A stretch of 64,000 bases of DNA from a virus (Duplodnaviria; Caudoviricetes): the IMG/VR virus record IMGVR_UViG_3300050343_000064, positions 771 to 64,770 of that record; one strand, given 5' to 3'. Both the position numbers and the translations under genes were made by a program. A model generated the notes under the pieces. The model had not been told where the DNA came from. It ran no database searches and saw nothing but the letters and a program-made list of their open reading frames with translations. Of the stretch, positions 24,851 through 35,514 are shown piece by piece; within the stretch, counting starts at the first letter, position 1, and each line of letters begins with the position of its first letter.

Positions 24851-25600
24851 TAAGTTCCTGGGTAATAAGCTTTAGGTGTAATGTATGTACTTGAAGCTGA
24901 ACCATCTTCTTGTAATGCTCTTTGAAATTCATCTTCATAAAATAATTTCATTGGTTGAGTCATTTGTGGAGCATACTTCATGGATAAATAATAAGCTAAA
25001 CCTGAAACCATACATGGTATAAATCTAAAAGGCATATCAGTTGCATTAGTGTAAGCTCCAATATCTTGAATTCTTTTTATGTAATAGAAATGCATATCTT
25101 TAGATGCATTAGTTGAATCAGGTGTAGGGTAAACACTAATACTAACATGATCGATAAATCTTTGTACCCAATATTGATTAGGTGTACCTTGAGATAGTTT
25201 ATTTGAAAAAGCAGCATATGTTGATCTATCAACTTTAGTCATAGGACTATCTGATTGATCTGTTGCGGTTCTATCCGATCTTAATTGTGCTTCAAGGACA
25301 TCGGATATTCCGTATACCCCATTTGGATTTGATGTAGCACTTGTACCATCTGCAGCTGATCTAAAAAATTTATACTCAGCTTGACCTTGTATTAAATCTA
25401 AATCAAGTTCTCCTATTTCCCAATAGTGAATACCTCTATTGCCCCATTCCTGAAGCATTATATTTAATGATCGTCTAGAAGTTTTTAATTGATAACCGGA
25501 AACTTGTTGAATACCTATTCGTCTCAAAAGCTTCTTCTACTATTTCATCAACTGAAAAAGTTTTATCAAATGTAGTTGTTCCAGAGGTTGTGTTAGCCAT
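24850..25600 (-). CDS. Second head-tail adaptor-like protein (frameshift near start)
   Basis: RRSLNIMLQEWGNRGIHYW, GTPNQYWVQR, VYPTPD, PFRFIPCMVSGLAYYL; MANTTSGTTTF start at 25600. Confidence 0.75.
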
Positions 25601-25608
25601 TTAGCCTC

Positions 25609-25899
25609 CTAGCCAGTGTATCCGATAGTAACAGATCCTGATCCAGTTACATCTGCATAGATAGTATTTTCAAATCTAATTCCGTTTCCAGGCATATACA
25701 TATCTAGTCCTTCGCTTCCAAAAGTAGATTCAAATACAATATTTCCAGTTGCAGTCGCTGCATCGTAAAGTTTTATATTTGTGACTCCTGTAGCTTGAAT
25801 GTATGTAACTCTAGCAGGACCAATATTAATAGATCCTCCCGAAAAAGTTTTCACCTGTCCGTCAGCTGTAAGTGTTGTAAATTTTTGGTCTGATGACAT
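25609..25899 (-). CDS. Small beta-rich virion protein
   Basis: GPARV..LYD..MPGNGIRF..VTIGY; AGGAG RBS before MSSDQ. Confidence 0.65.
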   Translation of the reverse strand: MSSDQKFTTLTADGQVKTFSGGSINIGPARVTYIQATGVTNIKLYDAATATGNIVFESTFGSEGLDMYMPGNGIRFENTIYADVTGSGSVTIGYTG

Positions 25900-25922
25900 A
25901 TTGTTTCTCCTTAAAATTAATA

Positions 25923-25942
25923 TGTGGGGCCTAAGCCCCACA
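25923..25942 (-). terminator. Intergenic hairpin
   Basis: tgtggggc-ctaa-gccccaca perfect 8-bp stem. Confidence 0.55.
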
Positions 25943-25953
25943 ATAATTATTTA

Positions 25954-26393
25954 TTATGCTTCTTTTGCAAATACACCTTGTACATCAACAATCGTCCAAT
26001 GCGTTGTTGAGTTTAAAGATGCACATACTACAAAGTCACCAACTTTTGATGTAGATGTAAGAGCACCTGTTGATGTGTTTTTAGTTATTACTTCAAAAGC
26101 TTTTCTTTATTATCTGTTAAAGATCCAGCATACAAAATACCATCATTAGCATTTGGGCTAATAGTTAAAGTGTTAGTTCCATCTTGAGCAGTGTTTACAA
26201 AAGTAAAAACTCTTCCAATAGAAATTGCAGGTAAAGTAAATACCACACCATCAGTAGATGATGTAAAAGTTTTACCAGAATCTGCATTTGCAACTGTGTA
26301 GTTAGCTGCTTTGTTTTCTAGATTAAATCCAGTTAAACCTGCTTCGTTAAATTTACCTTGCAGTACTGGTCCTCTAAATAGTGTTTTAGCCAT
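25954..26393 (-). CDS. Head fibre/decoration-like protein (garbled ~26050-26100)
   Basis: MAKTLFRGPV start; ADSGKTF, FTLPAI, LTISPNA; ends WTIVDVQGVFAKEA. Confidence 0.6.
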
Positions 26394-26482
26394 GATTATT
26401 CTCCTAGTTGTATTCTACATAGTCTCTAGGCCGTCGACTATACTGCGTCCATGCAGAATATTAATTTATGTATAGTGACAAA

Positions 26483-26511
26483 AGTATATACTAGTTTTTA
26501 GTAGAGTGCAA
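26483..26511 (-). promoter_or_regulatory. sigma70-like promoter for the late head-fibre/tail genes
   Basis: Minus strand TTGCAC-N17-TATACT. Confidence 0.55.
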
Positions 26512-26559
26512 GAGAGCCTGTAGTGTGGAGTGGATTTTTTCCAACGATGTAGCTTTTGA

Positions 26560-26769
26560 TTAAGTAGCTACTGAAACTTCTGGAGCAGAACTTTCAACAT
26601 TGTTCTGTCTATGGGCAATTGCTGCTTCTTCCAGCTTAATGTCAGTGATGATTTTTTTTACTTTGTCATCGATTCTGACCATTTCAAGAGTATATCTATT
26701 ATTATCTAGATGCTCCTGTTCCCACTTCAACTCCAAGGACCTTTTTGCTTTGTATAGGTCTTGTATCAT
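26560..26769 (-). CDS. Hypothetical helical protein
   Basis: 69-aa ORF with GAGG RBS, overlapping the upstream ORF. Confidence 0.7.
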   Translation of the reverse strand: MIQDLYKAKRSLELKWEQEHLDNNRYTLEMVRIDDKVKKIITDIKLEEAAIAHRQNNVESSAPEVSVAT

Positions 26770-26959
26770 CTATAACCTCCTCATAGGTTATTCTATTTAC
26801 CTTGTCATTATAACTATTTCCAAGGTTTTCCCAAACTATACTGTTTTCTCCAAGTTTGTCAAGGATAGATTGTTCAAGGTTAGTTGGGGAATCTTCTGAT
26901 TCTACTTTAAATTTAGCGTGATGATTATACGCCCAAATGTTTACTATAAATTTTGTCAT
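26702..26959 (-). CDS. Hypothetical protein
   Basis: 85-aa ORF preceded by GAAAG. Confidence 0.6.
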   Translation of the reverse strand: MTKFIVNIWAYNHHAKFKVESEDSPTNLEQSILDKLGENSIVWENLGNSYNDKVNRITYEEVIDDTRPIQSKKVLGVEVGTGASR

Positions 26960-26982
26960 GGTTTTGTCTTTCTATTTTTAAA

Positions 26983-27009
26983 TTGTGGCGAGACTATGTC
27001 CCGCCACAA
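26983..27009 (-). terminator. Rho-independent terminator-like hairpin after the major capsid gene
   Basis: ttgtggcgagac-tat-gtcccgccacaa immediately after the MCP stop. Confidence 0.7.
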
Positions 27010-27019
27010 AAATTATTGA

Positions 27020-27921
27020 TTACGCTCCTGGCGAACCAAAAATACCTCTAGGGTCAGAAACTCCGAAAGAGTATCTTTCTCTAGCTTTGTATCTTACGTT
27101 ACCAGTGTCAAAGTCGCCTTCCATTGCAGTTGTCAATGGTGCTCTGTTGAACATTTTCATACCGTTAGGCACGTCTGTTAAGATATAGAACGCATCTGCA
27201 TCTGTTAGGTAGTTGTTCACTCTATAACCTTGAGGAACCATACCCATAGATACGATTGCATTGATATCGTTATCAGCTGTTCCAACTCTACCTTGAGACT
27301 TCATAAGTCTTTCAGCTGTAAATTGTAGCTCAGAAGGAATGATCATTTTCAGTCCTCTTGCTGCAACTCTTAAACCTCTTTCATCAGTCATTTTACCAAT
27401 GTCAATCATTGATTGCTCTAATGAAGTTTCGTTAAGTCAGAAGAAGTCGCTAATTCATTAGCGAACGTTCCTGCTACAGTCGGGTGATTAGTTGCCATTA
27501 AAGCAACGCCGTCACCAGATTGGAAAGTTGTGAAACCATTAATTAATGGATCAACAGCTTTTACTTGCTTAGCATTACTCATAGATCTTGCTAAAGCTTT
27601 TGTATATCTAGACGCAAGTCTATCATACAAGTTGTCCTCAATCGCTTCTTCAGTGATTGCGAACGCTAAAGCTACAGTCTCGTGAGTGTATCTAGCAGTG
27701 AAAGTTTCTTGTGCTTCGTCGAATGAAACACCAGCACCTTCACCTTTTACTTGTGCGTTAGCGAAACCAGATAACATAACTTCTTCTTCAAAAGCTCTGT
27801 CAGATGATTCCTCGTTATAAATTTCAGCATGCTGATTTTCATAACGTTTATATTCCAAGCCGAACAGTGCGTTCAAACCTGGCTCTAGTTCTTTGACTAG
27901 TTGTGATCGTGATATTGCCAT
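27020..27921 (-). CDS. Major capsid protein (1-nt deletion at ~27432)
   Basis: MAISRSQLVKELEPGLNALFG, ITEEAIEDNLY, GDFDTGNVRYKARERYSFG; restoring one A gives SDLNETSLEQSMIDI. Confidence 0.9.
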
Positions 27922-27942
27922 TATTGTTCTCCTATTCTAGCT

Positions 27943-28502
27943 TTACGATTGTAGCTCAATTAGATTAGCAACTACTACTACAGATCTGAAAGCCGCATTT
28001 TCATCGTTTTCAGGATCTTCAGCAGATCTTAGTAATCTCCATGATTTATCATCATTTCCAGTTACTCCGATATTTAAAGTTGCTGTAGATTGACCAGTAG
28101 TTGTACTACCAGCAGAAACATTAAAGTCATAAGTCTCTAAGTATCCTGCTTGTGCTACTGCATCATCTGTTGCGCATACATATTGTTGTTGAGGGTTATC
28201 GAATACAAATGCATCGATATCTTCCGAGTTTGCTGGTGTTACTTGTACGTAATGGTTTGCAAACGTTGGTTTCAACGTAGTTGCTGCATTGTAAAAATAC
28301 CGTTTAAGACACCAATTACAGGAGCAGCTGCAGTTTGTCCATTAACAATGTAACCAGCAGCAGAAGCAACACAGCCACCATGAAATATAGTAGTTGCATA
28401 GCCCGCATCGATTTTGTATTTACCTTGACCAGAAGTCGCTGGTGTTGAACCAAGCGTTCCTGCAGCAATCAAACCAAAACCTTGTTCGTTTCTATTTGCC
28501 AT
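27943..28502 (-). CDS. Capsid cement/decoration-like protein (split)
   Basis: Directly upstream of MCP; two fragments join at ~28275. Confidence 0.6.
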
Positions 28503-28573
28503 AGTTGTTTCTCCTTATGTACCTGCCCCGAAGGGCCTCCAGTACGGTTTATTAAATTCAGTGATGTAAAAAA

Positions 28574-29035
28574 TTACTTTTTAGTACCACCGAAGGTTAC
28601 ACGAGATTGTCTATCAACATTGATAGGCATTCTACTATCCTGCTCCCTCATAAGGTCGTTGTTTACGGCTTCGTTACGTTCTTTATGTCTATCAGACATA
28701 TACTGTTGACGTTGCTGTGCGATCTCTTCAGGTACCTTCGCAAGTAGAAGGCCACCAACCCCAATCACTCCCTTGTATTTACCGTCTTCAACGGTTGGGT
28801 AATCACTTGCATTTTCAACTTCTTCAGATCTAACTAATTCATAACCTTCTCTTAAACGTCCAGTTATATTTTTAGTATCTTGAAAGCCTACAACTTCAGC
28901 TCTTATCCATCTATACCTGAATCCATCAGGTGCAGGGGGTGCATCTAGAGATGATGGTGGAACCCACACTTTTGGTCTTTCAGACTTTGACCGTGTTTGG
29001 CTCGCACGAGAAGTATTTTTATTTTCGTTTTCCAT
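28574..29035 (-). CDS. Conserved head-module protein
   Basis: WVPPSSLDAP..YRWIR..REGYELV..IGVGGLLLAK. Confidence 0.75.
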   Translation of the reverse strand: MENENKNTSRASQTRSKSERPKVWVPPSSLDAPPAPDGFRYRWIRAEVVGFQDTKNITGRLREGYELVRSEEVENASDYPTVEDGKYKGVIGVGGLLLAKVPEEIAQQRQQYMSDRHKERNEAVNNDLMREQDSRMPINVDRQSRVTFGGTKK

Positions 29036-29036
29036 T

Positions 29037-29987
29037 TTACGCTCCTTCCGTGGTTTTTAATTGTTTTGCGTACTCTTCGAGTGGCACACCTAATTTTTTA
29101 GCTATTGCTACCTGTGAAGATGTGAGTCTCACAGTTTTGCGACCAGGCTTTACGCTTCTTGTAGCAGAAGCAACTGTCTGAACAGGAGCGGTCGATTGCT
29201 TATTATTAGTAGTACCAAATTTATGTGGAAAGTCAACTTTAATTCTTCTGTCAACCTCTGCATAATACTCATTTGAGTTAGGATCATATCCTTCTTTTTC
29301 CGTTAAATCCTTATGTATTTCAAAAGCAGTATAAGTCATTGCTTTATCAGTACCAAACCATGAGTTTTGAGAAGCCCATGCTTCAGCTTTAGGATCCGGA
29401 TTAATTGGATCATCCATTTGTTGTGTTTGAACGGGTGGTTGAGATAAGACAGGTTTCTCAGCCTGTTTCTCTTCTCTACCAGCTTTGGCTTGCTCTAGTT
29501 TCGCATTCTCAAAAGCGAGTGTTGCAATTCTTTTGTTTGCCTCAACTTGAGCCTGTGCATCACCAGATTCAATAGCAGCAGCTAATTCTTTTTGTGCAGC
29601 TTCTAAACCTGTTGATATACTTGTCTCAAATTTCTTAACATAATCAGCATCAGTTTTTTCAAACCTAGCTTCTAAGACTCTTCTTTTTTCTTCTACACCT
29701 TTGGCATAATCAATAGCGGCTTGTTCTCTTCTTTCCGCTTCTCTCATCTTACGAGTTAATTTCGCAATACGAGATTGTACACCTTTACTGTAGTCTTCTA
29801 AAGTTTCGTCAGATTTTTTTTCCTCTAACTTTGTTTCTCTTTCATTTTCATATGATTTATCTGTTCCTGTTTCTTGTTCCGTGTTTTCCGTTTCTACAAC
29901 GGCTTCTTCTTTTGCTTCTTCAATATCTATTTCTGCATCAGGTCCTGATGTATCAATAGGTACTAACTTTTTTTCTTCGTCTGGCAT
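29037..29987 (-). CDS. Capsid scaffolding protein
   Basis: Acidic coiled coil; PDPKAEAWASQNSWFG; C-terminal AIAKKLGVPLEEYAK; upstream of MCP. Confidence 0.75.
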   Translation of the reverse strand: MPDEEKKLVPIDTSGPDAEIDIEEAKEEAVVETENTEQETGTDKSYENERETKLEEKKSDETLEDYSKGVQSRIAKLTRKMREAERREQAAIDYAKGVEEKRRVLEARFEKTDADYVKKFETSISTGLEAAQKELAAAIESGDAQAQVEANKRIATLAFENAKLEQAKAGREEKQAEKPVLSQPPVQTQQMDDPINPDPKAEAWASQNSWFGTDKAMTYTAFEIHKDLTEKEGYDPNSNEYYAEVDRRIKVDFPHKFGTTNNKQSTAPVQTVASATRSVKPGRKTVRLTSSQVAIAKKLGVPLEEYAKQLKTTEGA

Positions 29988-30006
29988 AGTTTACTCCTTC
30001 CTATGA

Positions 30007-30420
30007 TTAAAACTCATGCAATATATCTTCTGGACTGTCTATTGTTGCTAACACTTCATCGTCGTTTAGCAGACGCATTTCCCCACCATCTATCTTGATC
30101 CTTGATCCGGCATAACGTGCAAACATTACCCAATCATTGACCTTGCACCACGGGCCTTCAGGATATCTTTCTTTATCCTTATAACATTGTGGGCCCATAG
30201 CTAAAACCAAACCAACTTGAGATGCAACTTGCTGTCGCTCTATAGTTGTTTCAGCTAATACTAATCCACCTTTAGTTTTTTCTTTCATCTTGAAAGGTAA
30301 AACTATCATCCTCCACCCAGTAGGTTTTGGTAAGTTAGGTTCTTTCTCTTCTTTTTTCTCTGATTTTTTTACACCAATAATTTTATTGTTTGGTGTTAAT
30401 ATCGATGACTGTTCCTTCAT
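30007..30420 (-). CDS. groES: Co-chaperonin GroES/Cpn10
   Basis: PTGWRMIVLP, TKGGLVL mobile loop, VLAMGP, VMFARYAG, LLNDDEVLA. Confidence 0.88.
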   Translation of the reverse strand: MKEQSSILTPNNKIIGVKKSEKKEEKEPNLPKPTGWRMIVLPFKMKEKTKGGLVLAETTIERQQVASQVGLVLAMGPQCYKDKERYPEGPWCKVNDWVMFARYAGSRIKIDGGEMRLLNDDEVLATIDSPEDILHEF

Positions 30421-30607
30421 TGTGCTCCTTATCGTTTAGCAGGTTAGAGATTTCCTGACGCACTGATTCCAGTGCATTGATTTGTCCTATTATATACTTG
30501 TAATTTTCCATACTGTCAACCCCACCGGACGTTACCGAAACTGACAATTGATCTATTCTTGAATCTAGGAATCTTAAAGTTTTATTGATTACTGTTTCTA
30601 ATTGCAT
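30383..30607 (-). CDS. Conserved small protein upstream of GroES
   Basis: GGVDSMENYKYIIGQINAL. Confidence 0.7.
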   Translation of the reverse strand: MQLETVINKTLRFLDSRIDQLSVSVTSGGVDSMENYKYIIGQINALESVRQEISNLLNDKEHNEGTVIDINTKQ

Positions 30608-30904
30608 TTAACATTTCCATCTTCTCCGTGCTTGTCTGATTCGAGAATTAGGATCGTTACGTGTTTTAGCTGATGAGTTTCTTAATTGACCTGCGCTTCT
30701 TGCACAGTACGACTTACGTCGGTTTGCAGCTTTGGACCCTTTTTTCACTTTACCAGTCACGGCTGTTTTTAATTTACTTCCAGGGTTTGCTGCCCTGTAA
30801 GCTCTTACACCTTTAGCTGTCATTCCAGCTCCAGATTTTGTTTTTCTATAATTAGCACCCTTACCTGTAGTAGTTTTTCTAATAGGGTTTTCTTTTTTTC
30901 TCAT
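30608..30904 (-). CDS. Basic protein (DUF6321-like)
   Basis: GMTAKG, NPGSKLK, RRKSYCARS, DPNSR..ARRRWKC. Confidence 0.7.
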   Translation of the reverse strand: MRKKENPIRKTTTGKGANYRKTKSGAGMTAKGVRAYRAANPGSKLKTAVTGKVKKGSKAANRRKSYCARSAGQLRNSSAKTRNDPNSRIRQARRRWKC

Positions 30905-31058
30905 TAGATTTTTTGCATTTCAGGGTTAGTAGATAATATATTTTTTTCTGCTCTTGGTCTAGCTAAAGAGTCTTTACTTCTTTTTCTAAGTTGAGCAATA
31001 GCAGATTCTTTTAATGCTTTTTCTTTTTTTAATCTTTGTAAATCTTTTTCTAAGTTCA

Positions 31059-31313
31059 TTATGCAAATGTTTTTACGTTAGTTGGTTTACCGCCAGGATT
31101 ACCCGCTGCTCGTTTTCGTTTGACAGCACTCGCCTTTTGCCCTTTTGACATCCGTGTGGCTTTTGCAAGTGGGACGCATTTTGGATATTTCCTCTTTGAG
31201 CCTTTGCTTCTCCCGCATGGTTGATATTTTCCGTCTTTCTTCGGTGCTCCAATGTCCACCCATTTCTGTGCTACCCATTGTCTTAAACCACCTTTTGAAA
31301 AGTGTGTACGCAT
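31059..31313 (-). CDS. Basic protein (DUF5872-like, C-terminal half)
   Basis: GLRQW..KWVDI..CGRS..YPKCVP. Confidence 0.65.
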   Translation of the reverse strand: MRTHFSKGGLRQWVAQKWVDIGAPKKDGKYQPCGRSKGSKRKYPKCVPLAKATRMSKGQKASAVKRKRAAGNPGGKPTNVKTFA

Positions 31314-31689
31314 TACGAATTCTTTCCGTAAGCTCTTCCTTTACCTTTAGTGGCTAACTTACAATCCTTTAGAACCATGCATTTGTTGCTCTTCCAGCTC
31401 TAAGTAAATTCCACCTTCGTGAACTTTTAATTGTGATCATCTGCTGCAGCATCTACTTTTTTTTAAACCTTTATTAGAAATTTTATTTGTATCTTTAGTT
31501 CTTTCATCTTTTTTAGAAATTTCTTTTTTAACCCTTCTTTTTTAGGAATAGGTTTAAAATTTTTATTTTTGATCTTTTTTTCTTCTTTTACCGTCTTACC
31601 TTTATGTCAGTTAGTTTTTTTTCTTTTCTTTGACCAGCTTTTCTTTTTTCATAATTTTTGTATCTATCTGATAAATCTTTTAAATGCCA

Positions 31690-31890
31690 TTATACTTGTC
31701 CTCCTTTAAAATATTTCATTCTAGTCATATCCATCATTCCACCACCCATAGCTTTTTTTCTTTTCTTCTTGCCACCTGGTGTAACTTTACCTGAACATAC
31801 GGCTGAACCATACATGTTAGCATATGCTGAAGGATATACTTTGAATTTTCTTTTAGCGGCTGCTTTGCCTTTTGCACATAGTTTAGCCAT
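31690..31890 (-). CDS. Basic protein (DUF5872-like, N-terminal half)
   Basis: AKRKFKVYPSAYAN; carries AMGGG and FKGG. Confidence 0.65.
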   Translation of the reverse strand: MAKLCAKGKAAAKRKFKVYPSAYANMYGSAVCSGKVTPGGKKKRKKAMGGGMMDMTRMKYFKGGQV

Positions 31891-32363
31891 TATATAATTT
31901 TCTTTTTAGATTTAGTTTTTGGAATTACACCTTTAGCCATTAAAATATCTTTTTGAGTAATTTTACCATCACCAGAATGATCAGGAAATTTAGAACCACT
32001 TTTAAGGCCAACTCTTCCACCTTTGTTAAAGTTTTTAGGTGCATTAAATATTTTTGTTGTCTTTTTCTCTTTTTTTTCAGCAGCTTTTTCTTTTATTCTA
32101 GCGTCTGCTTTCTTTTTTAATTCAGTATTAGAAAGAGTTTTTGTTTTACTACCTTTAAAAGTAATAGGCATATTATTTTTTAATTCAAAAATTGATTGAC
32201 TTAATTTTGCACCAGAACCTTTTGCTTTTTGTACGGCTTTAGTTGTTTCACTTATTTTTTTTTCTAATTTTGTTGTATTAACAGTTGGATTAACCTTACT
32301 TATAGTTGGTGAGGTTTTTTTACCTGCTTTCCATATTTTGTATCCGTAGCTTAAAAGTCCCAT
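31890..32363 (-). CDS. Lys-rich protein with xxGG motif and an EF-hand-like loop
   Basis: FNKGGRVGLKSG followed by FPDHSGDGKITQKDIL. Confidence 0.65.
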   Translation of the reverse strand: MGLLSYGYKIWKAGKKTSPTISKVNPTVNTTKLEKKISETTKAVQKAKGSGAKLSQSIFELKNNMPITFKGSKTKTLSNTELKKKADARIKEKAAEKKEKKTTKIFNAPKNFNKGGRVGLKSGSKFPDHSGDGKITQKDILMAKGVIPKTKSKKKII

Positions 32364-32752
32364 TATTTTTTTCCTCCGTGATTTTTAAAAATCTGTGTAC
32401 CCTTTATACCATAAATGCTCGCAACGACAAGGATCCAAAGATTTGTGAACCATGACGGGAGCGTAGAGAACATGTCAAAGAACAATTTTACCTTATCCAT
32501 CGCTGTTGGGTCCTCACTTACGACTGCCCAGGCCAAAATTACGATGGGCGCCGAGAGAATTATCAAAACGGCCTCGTCCTTCCAGTCCGATTGCCTAGCC
32601 TCAAGAAGTTTACCTTGGTAAGCTTCTTTTCCTTCGGCCATACGAGATGCATGCATTAACTGTGCATCTGACATTGCCATTTTAGTCTTCTGCTTGTTAG
32701 CGTAAATTTTACTTCCAGCAGAAACGGCTAATTTAATTGCCTGAAACCACAT
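32363..32752 (-). CDS. Holin-like membrane protein
   Basis: SDWKDE then two hydrophobic segments; LPSWF..VVASIYG. Confidence 0.6.
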   Translation of the reverse strand: MWFQAIKLAVSAGSKIYANKQKTKMAMSDAQLMHASRMAEGKEAYQGKLLEARQSDWKDEAVLIILSAPIVILAWAVVSEDPTAMDKVKLFFDMFSTLPSWFTNLWILVVASIYGIKGTQIFKNHGGKK

Positions 32753-32753
32753 A

Positions 32754-32933
32754 TTAGTACCAAGTAGCTATTTTTTTCTTGTCAGCTAACATTCTTTTAG
32801 TTCCTCTAACTTTTTCTTTGTCTCCTGTAGGAAGATAATTGAAAGCATTGTCTGCAGTAGTTTTAGATCTTGGATCTATCTCTACATTTTGACTTGGAAC
32901 TGCCATTTGTTTTGCTTTTTTATAGTTCATCAT
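32754..32933 (-). CDS. Small protein after portal (59 aa, not in ORF track)
   Basis: MMNYKKAKQMAVPSQNVEIDPRS...KVRGTKRMLADKKKIATWY. Confidence 0.6.
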   Translation of the reverse strand: MMNYKKAKQMAVPSQNVEIDPRSKTTADNAFNYLPTGDKEKVRGTKRMLADKKKIATWY

Positions 32934-32947
32934 AATATTTACCTTTA

Positions 32948-35385
32948 CTAGTTTATATTAGCATTATTTTTTTTTGCAAGACTTACTCCTGCACGTAATT
33001 CTGCTAATTCTTCGTTCTGATCCATCTTATCTTCAGCTAAATCTCTTGCTTGCATCAATTTTGCTCTATCAAAATCAGCTTTTGTCTGGTCAGCTTCTTT
33101 TTTTCGTTCATTTTCCATCGCTCTTAGGTCAACTTCACGTGATTTTAGCTTCAATAGTGGGTCTGAATCAAATTGTGAAGTGATCTTGTTCTCTTCTTTC
33201 ATAAATTCTTCAGTCATTTCAGCAATCAAGACAGCTTTTCTTGCTTCAACTTGATTATTTAACATTTGTAACTGTTGTTGAATCTGTGGATCCATTGCAG
33301 CCATCTGTTGCATTTGTTGCATCTGTGCCATTTGCTCTCTAAACTCTAATTGAACTTGTTCTTGAGCCATAATTGAAATGTGTTCTAATATATTTTTTTG
33401 TATTGCAGCCATAATAGCAGGATTATTTCTAACCATGTTAGTTGACATAAAATTTAAGTGAGCTGTGATGTGTGCTTGGTGATCTTGACCAGGAAAAGCT
33501 TGAAAAGGTTTTCCACCCAAAGCATTTATGTGTTCTAAACTTGGATCCATCGGTGCTGTTGGTGCAGGTGGTGGTAGAACTGTATCTACATCTTTAACAC
33601 CAATTGCATTATACATGTTTCTATAGATTTGATACATGTTATGTAATTGTGGATTCGATGTTGCGATCTGTAATTGTGTTTGAGCTAATGTTATTCTTTG
33701 AGACATTGAGAATATATTAGGATCAGCAACTGGTACTACATCTATTCTATCATCAAAGTCAGCTTGTTTAATATTTCTTGCACCACCTACAACATCGTAA
33801 GGATATTCTGGTGGTAAGTATTGTGAAACTATTTTACCTAATAATTTAAATTCTTGTTTCATTGCTGCATAACATCTTTTGTGAATAGCAGACATCACAC
33901 GTGAACCACGTTCAAGAAGTGCAACAGTAGTTCCTACTGCAGCGCCTTGGTTACCATCACCTACTTGCATGTCAGCAATAGCCGCGAACCTTTGACCAGC
34001 TTGTACAACAACACCTAGTAATTGTAACAATGTAGGACTTGGTTCTTTGTATGGTAATGGAAAGAATGCATCTCTTAAATTTCCACCCGGTGCATCAACA
34101 TCTTTGAATTCACCTGGTTGTATTGGTGATGCTTCATCTCTAACTCTAACACCACGCTGTTTAAATCCAGCAGGTAAGTTAGCTAAAGTTCCAGCATCTA
34201 ACAATTGACGGAGAGCCGTCGTTGCCGTACGACTCAATCCGCCAATCATATGAATGAGTCCAAAGCCATAAAATCCTAGTCCTGGCAGAAATTTGAAGTG
34301 GACAAAATATTGGATTTTACTTTTCTTTAGATCATCGGGCGCATAGTTTCGTCTAATAGACAAAACTTCTCTACTACCTTCTTCGACTGTAACGAGGTAA
34401 GGTAATTTTATTCCTGTTGGTTCACCATCTGCTCCAACATCTTCGAAACCTTCTAAGTCTAAATTAACGTGACACTCTAACAAAGTATATACAGGTTCGT
34501 TCCTACCTGTCTTTTTAGTTCCTTCTAGCTCACGTTCTTTTTTAGTTAATTCTCCATTAGTCTCTGTACCGGGAGGACTTAGTTCTACATCTCTGTAGAA
34601 TCCAGATACTTGTTGTTTTCTTAATTCGTTCTCTGAAATTTTCACGGTATGAATAACTGCTTCCGCATCGTCTAATGAGGTTGCCGTATACGGTACAATT
34701 AATTCATCCGCTGGTACAAACTTCGATACCACTCTTCCAAGTGGTACGTCGTAGTAAACTTTTTTAAATGTAGATCCAGCTAATGGTAAATGAAATAACA
34801 TAGAATCAAATTCAGATTCATATTCTTTCATCGTGTCCATGATCAAGTAATTCATGTAATCTTTAACACGACTTGCTTGCTGTTCTGTTTGTGGATTTTT
34901 AACTCCTATAACTTGTGTTCTAACTGGTCCATCACTTGGTAATAATTCTTTGTAAGCTTGAGCTTGAAACTGTGTTACTGCTTCAGCTAGAACTGGGTGT
35001 GTTGCACCTGAAGCTCCTTGAAAAGGTTCAGTTCTGTTTTCATATTTAAAACCTAAAGATCTAATCCAGTTGTATAAGCACTCTCCCATTCTTTTCTTGA
35101 AGATTTGTAGTCCATGTAATTCTGAACCATTTCATTTCCAATTGGATCTAAATTTTCTTCTGGTAAAATATCAGCTAAGTTATCAAAGTGTGATTCTGTT
35201 CCCGGTACGTTTATTGATCCTGGTTCAAAGTCTAATGTAACTCCACCGTCTTCTTCTGGGATAACCTCTACAGGTCCTTTATCAATGTCTTCTTCCTGAA
35301 CAGTAACTTCTTCTGCCATCTCTTCTTCTGAAGGAATGTCAATTTTAGTTCTAGTGTTCGGGAGTCCTTTATCTATATCTGCCAT
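32948..35385 (-). CDS. Portal protein (indel at ~35060)
   Basis: HPVLAEAVTQFQAQAYKELLP, LPLAGSTFKKVYYD, GFYGFGLIH, LRQLLDAGTL; long Q-rich barrel. Confidence 0.92.
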
Positions 35386-35514
35386 TTATTACTCCTATAC
35401 CTTCTTAACACGATTAAATAAATAAGACAAGCCCTGTGAATCAGGGTTCTGTTTGTTTATTAATGGATAAGGGGTATAACCTATATTATAATAATCTCCT
35501 GTTGCTTGTAATTG

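Noticed and set aside
27409-27440. Programmed frameshift or split major capsid gene
   Set aside because: One missing A in TTA-AAC restores the expected SDLNETSLE; the same kind of indel breaks portal, TerL, PolA and the helicases, so it is a consensus error
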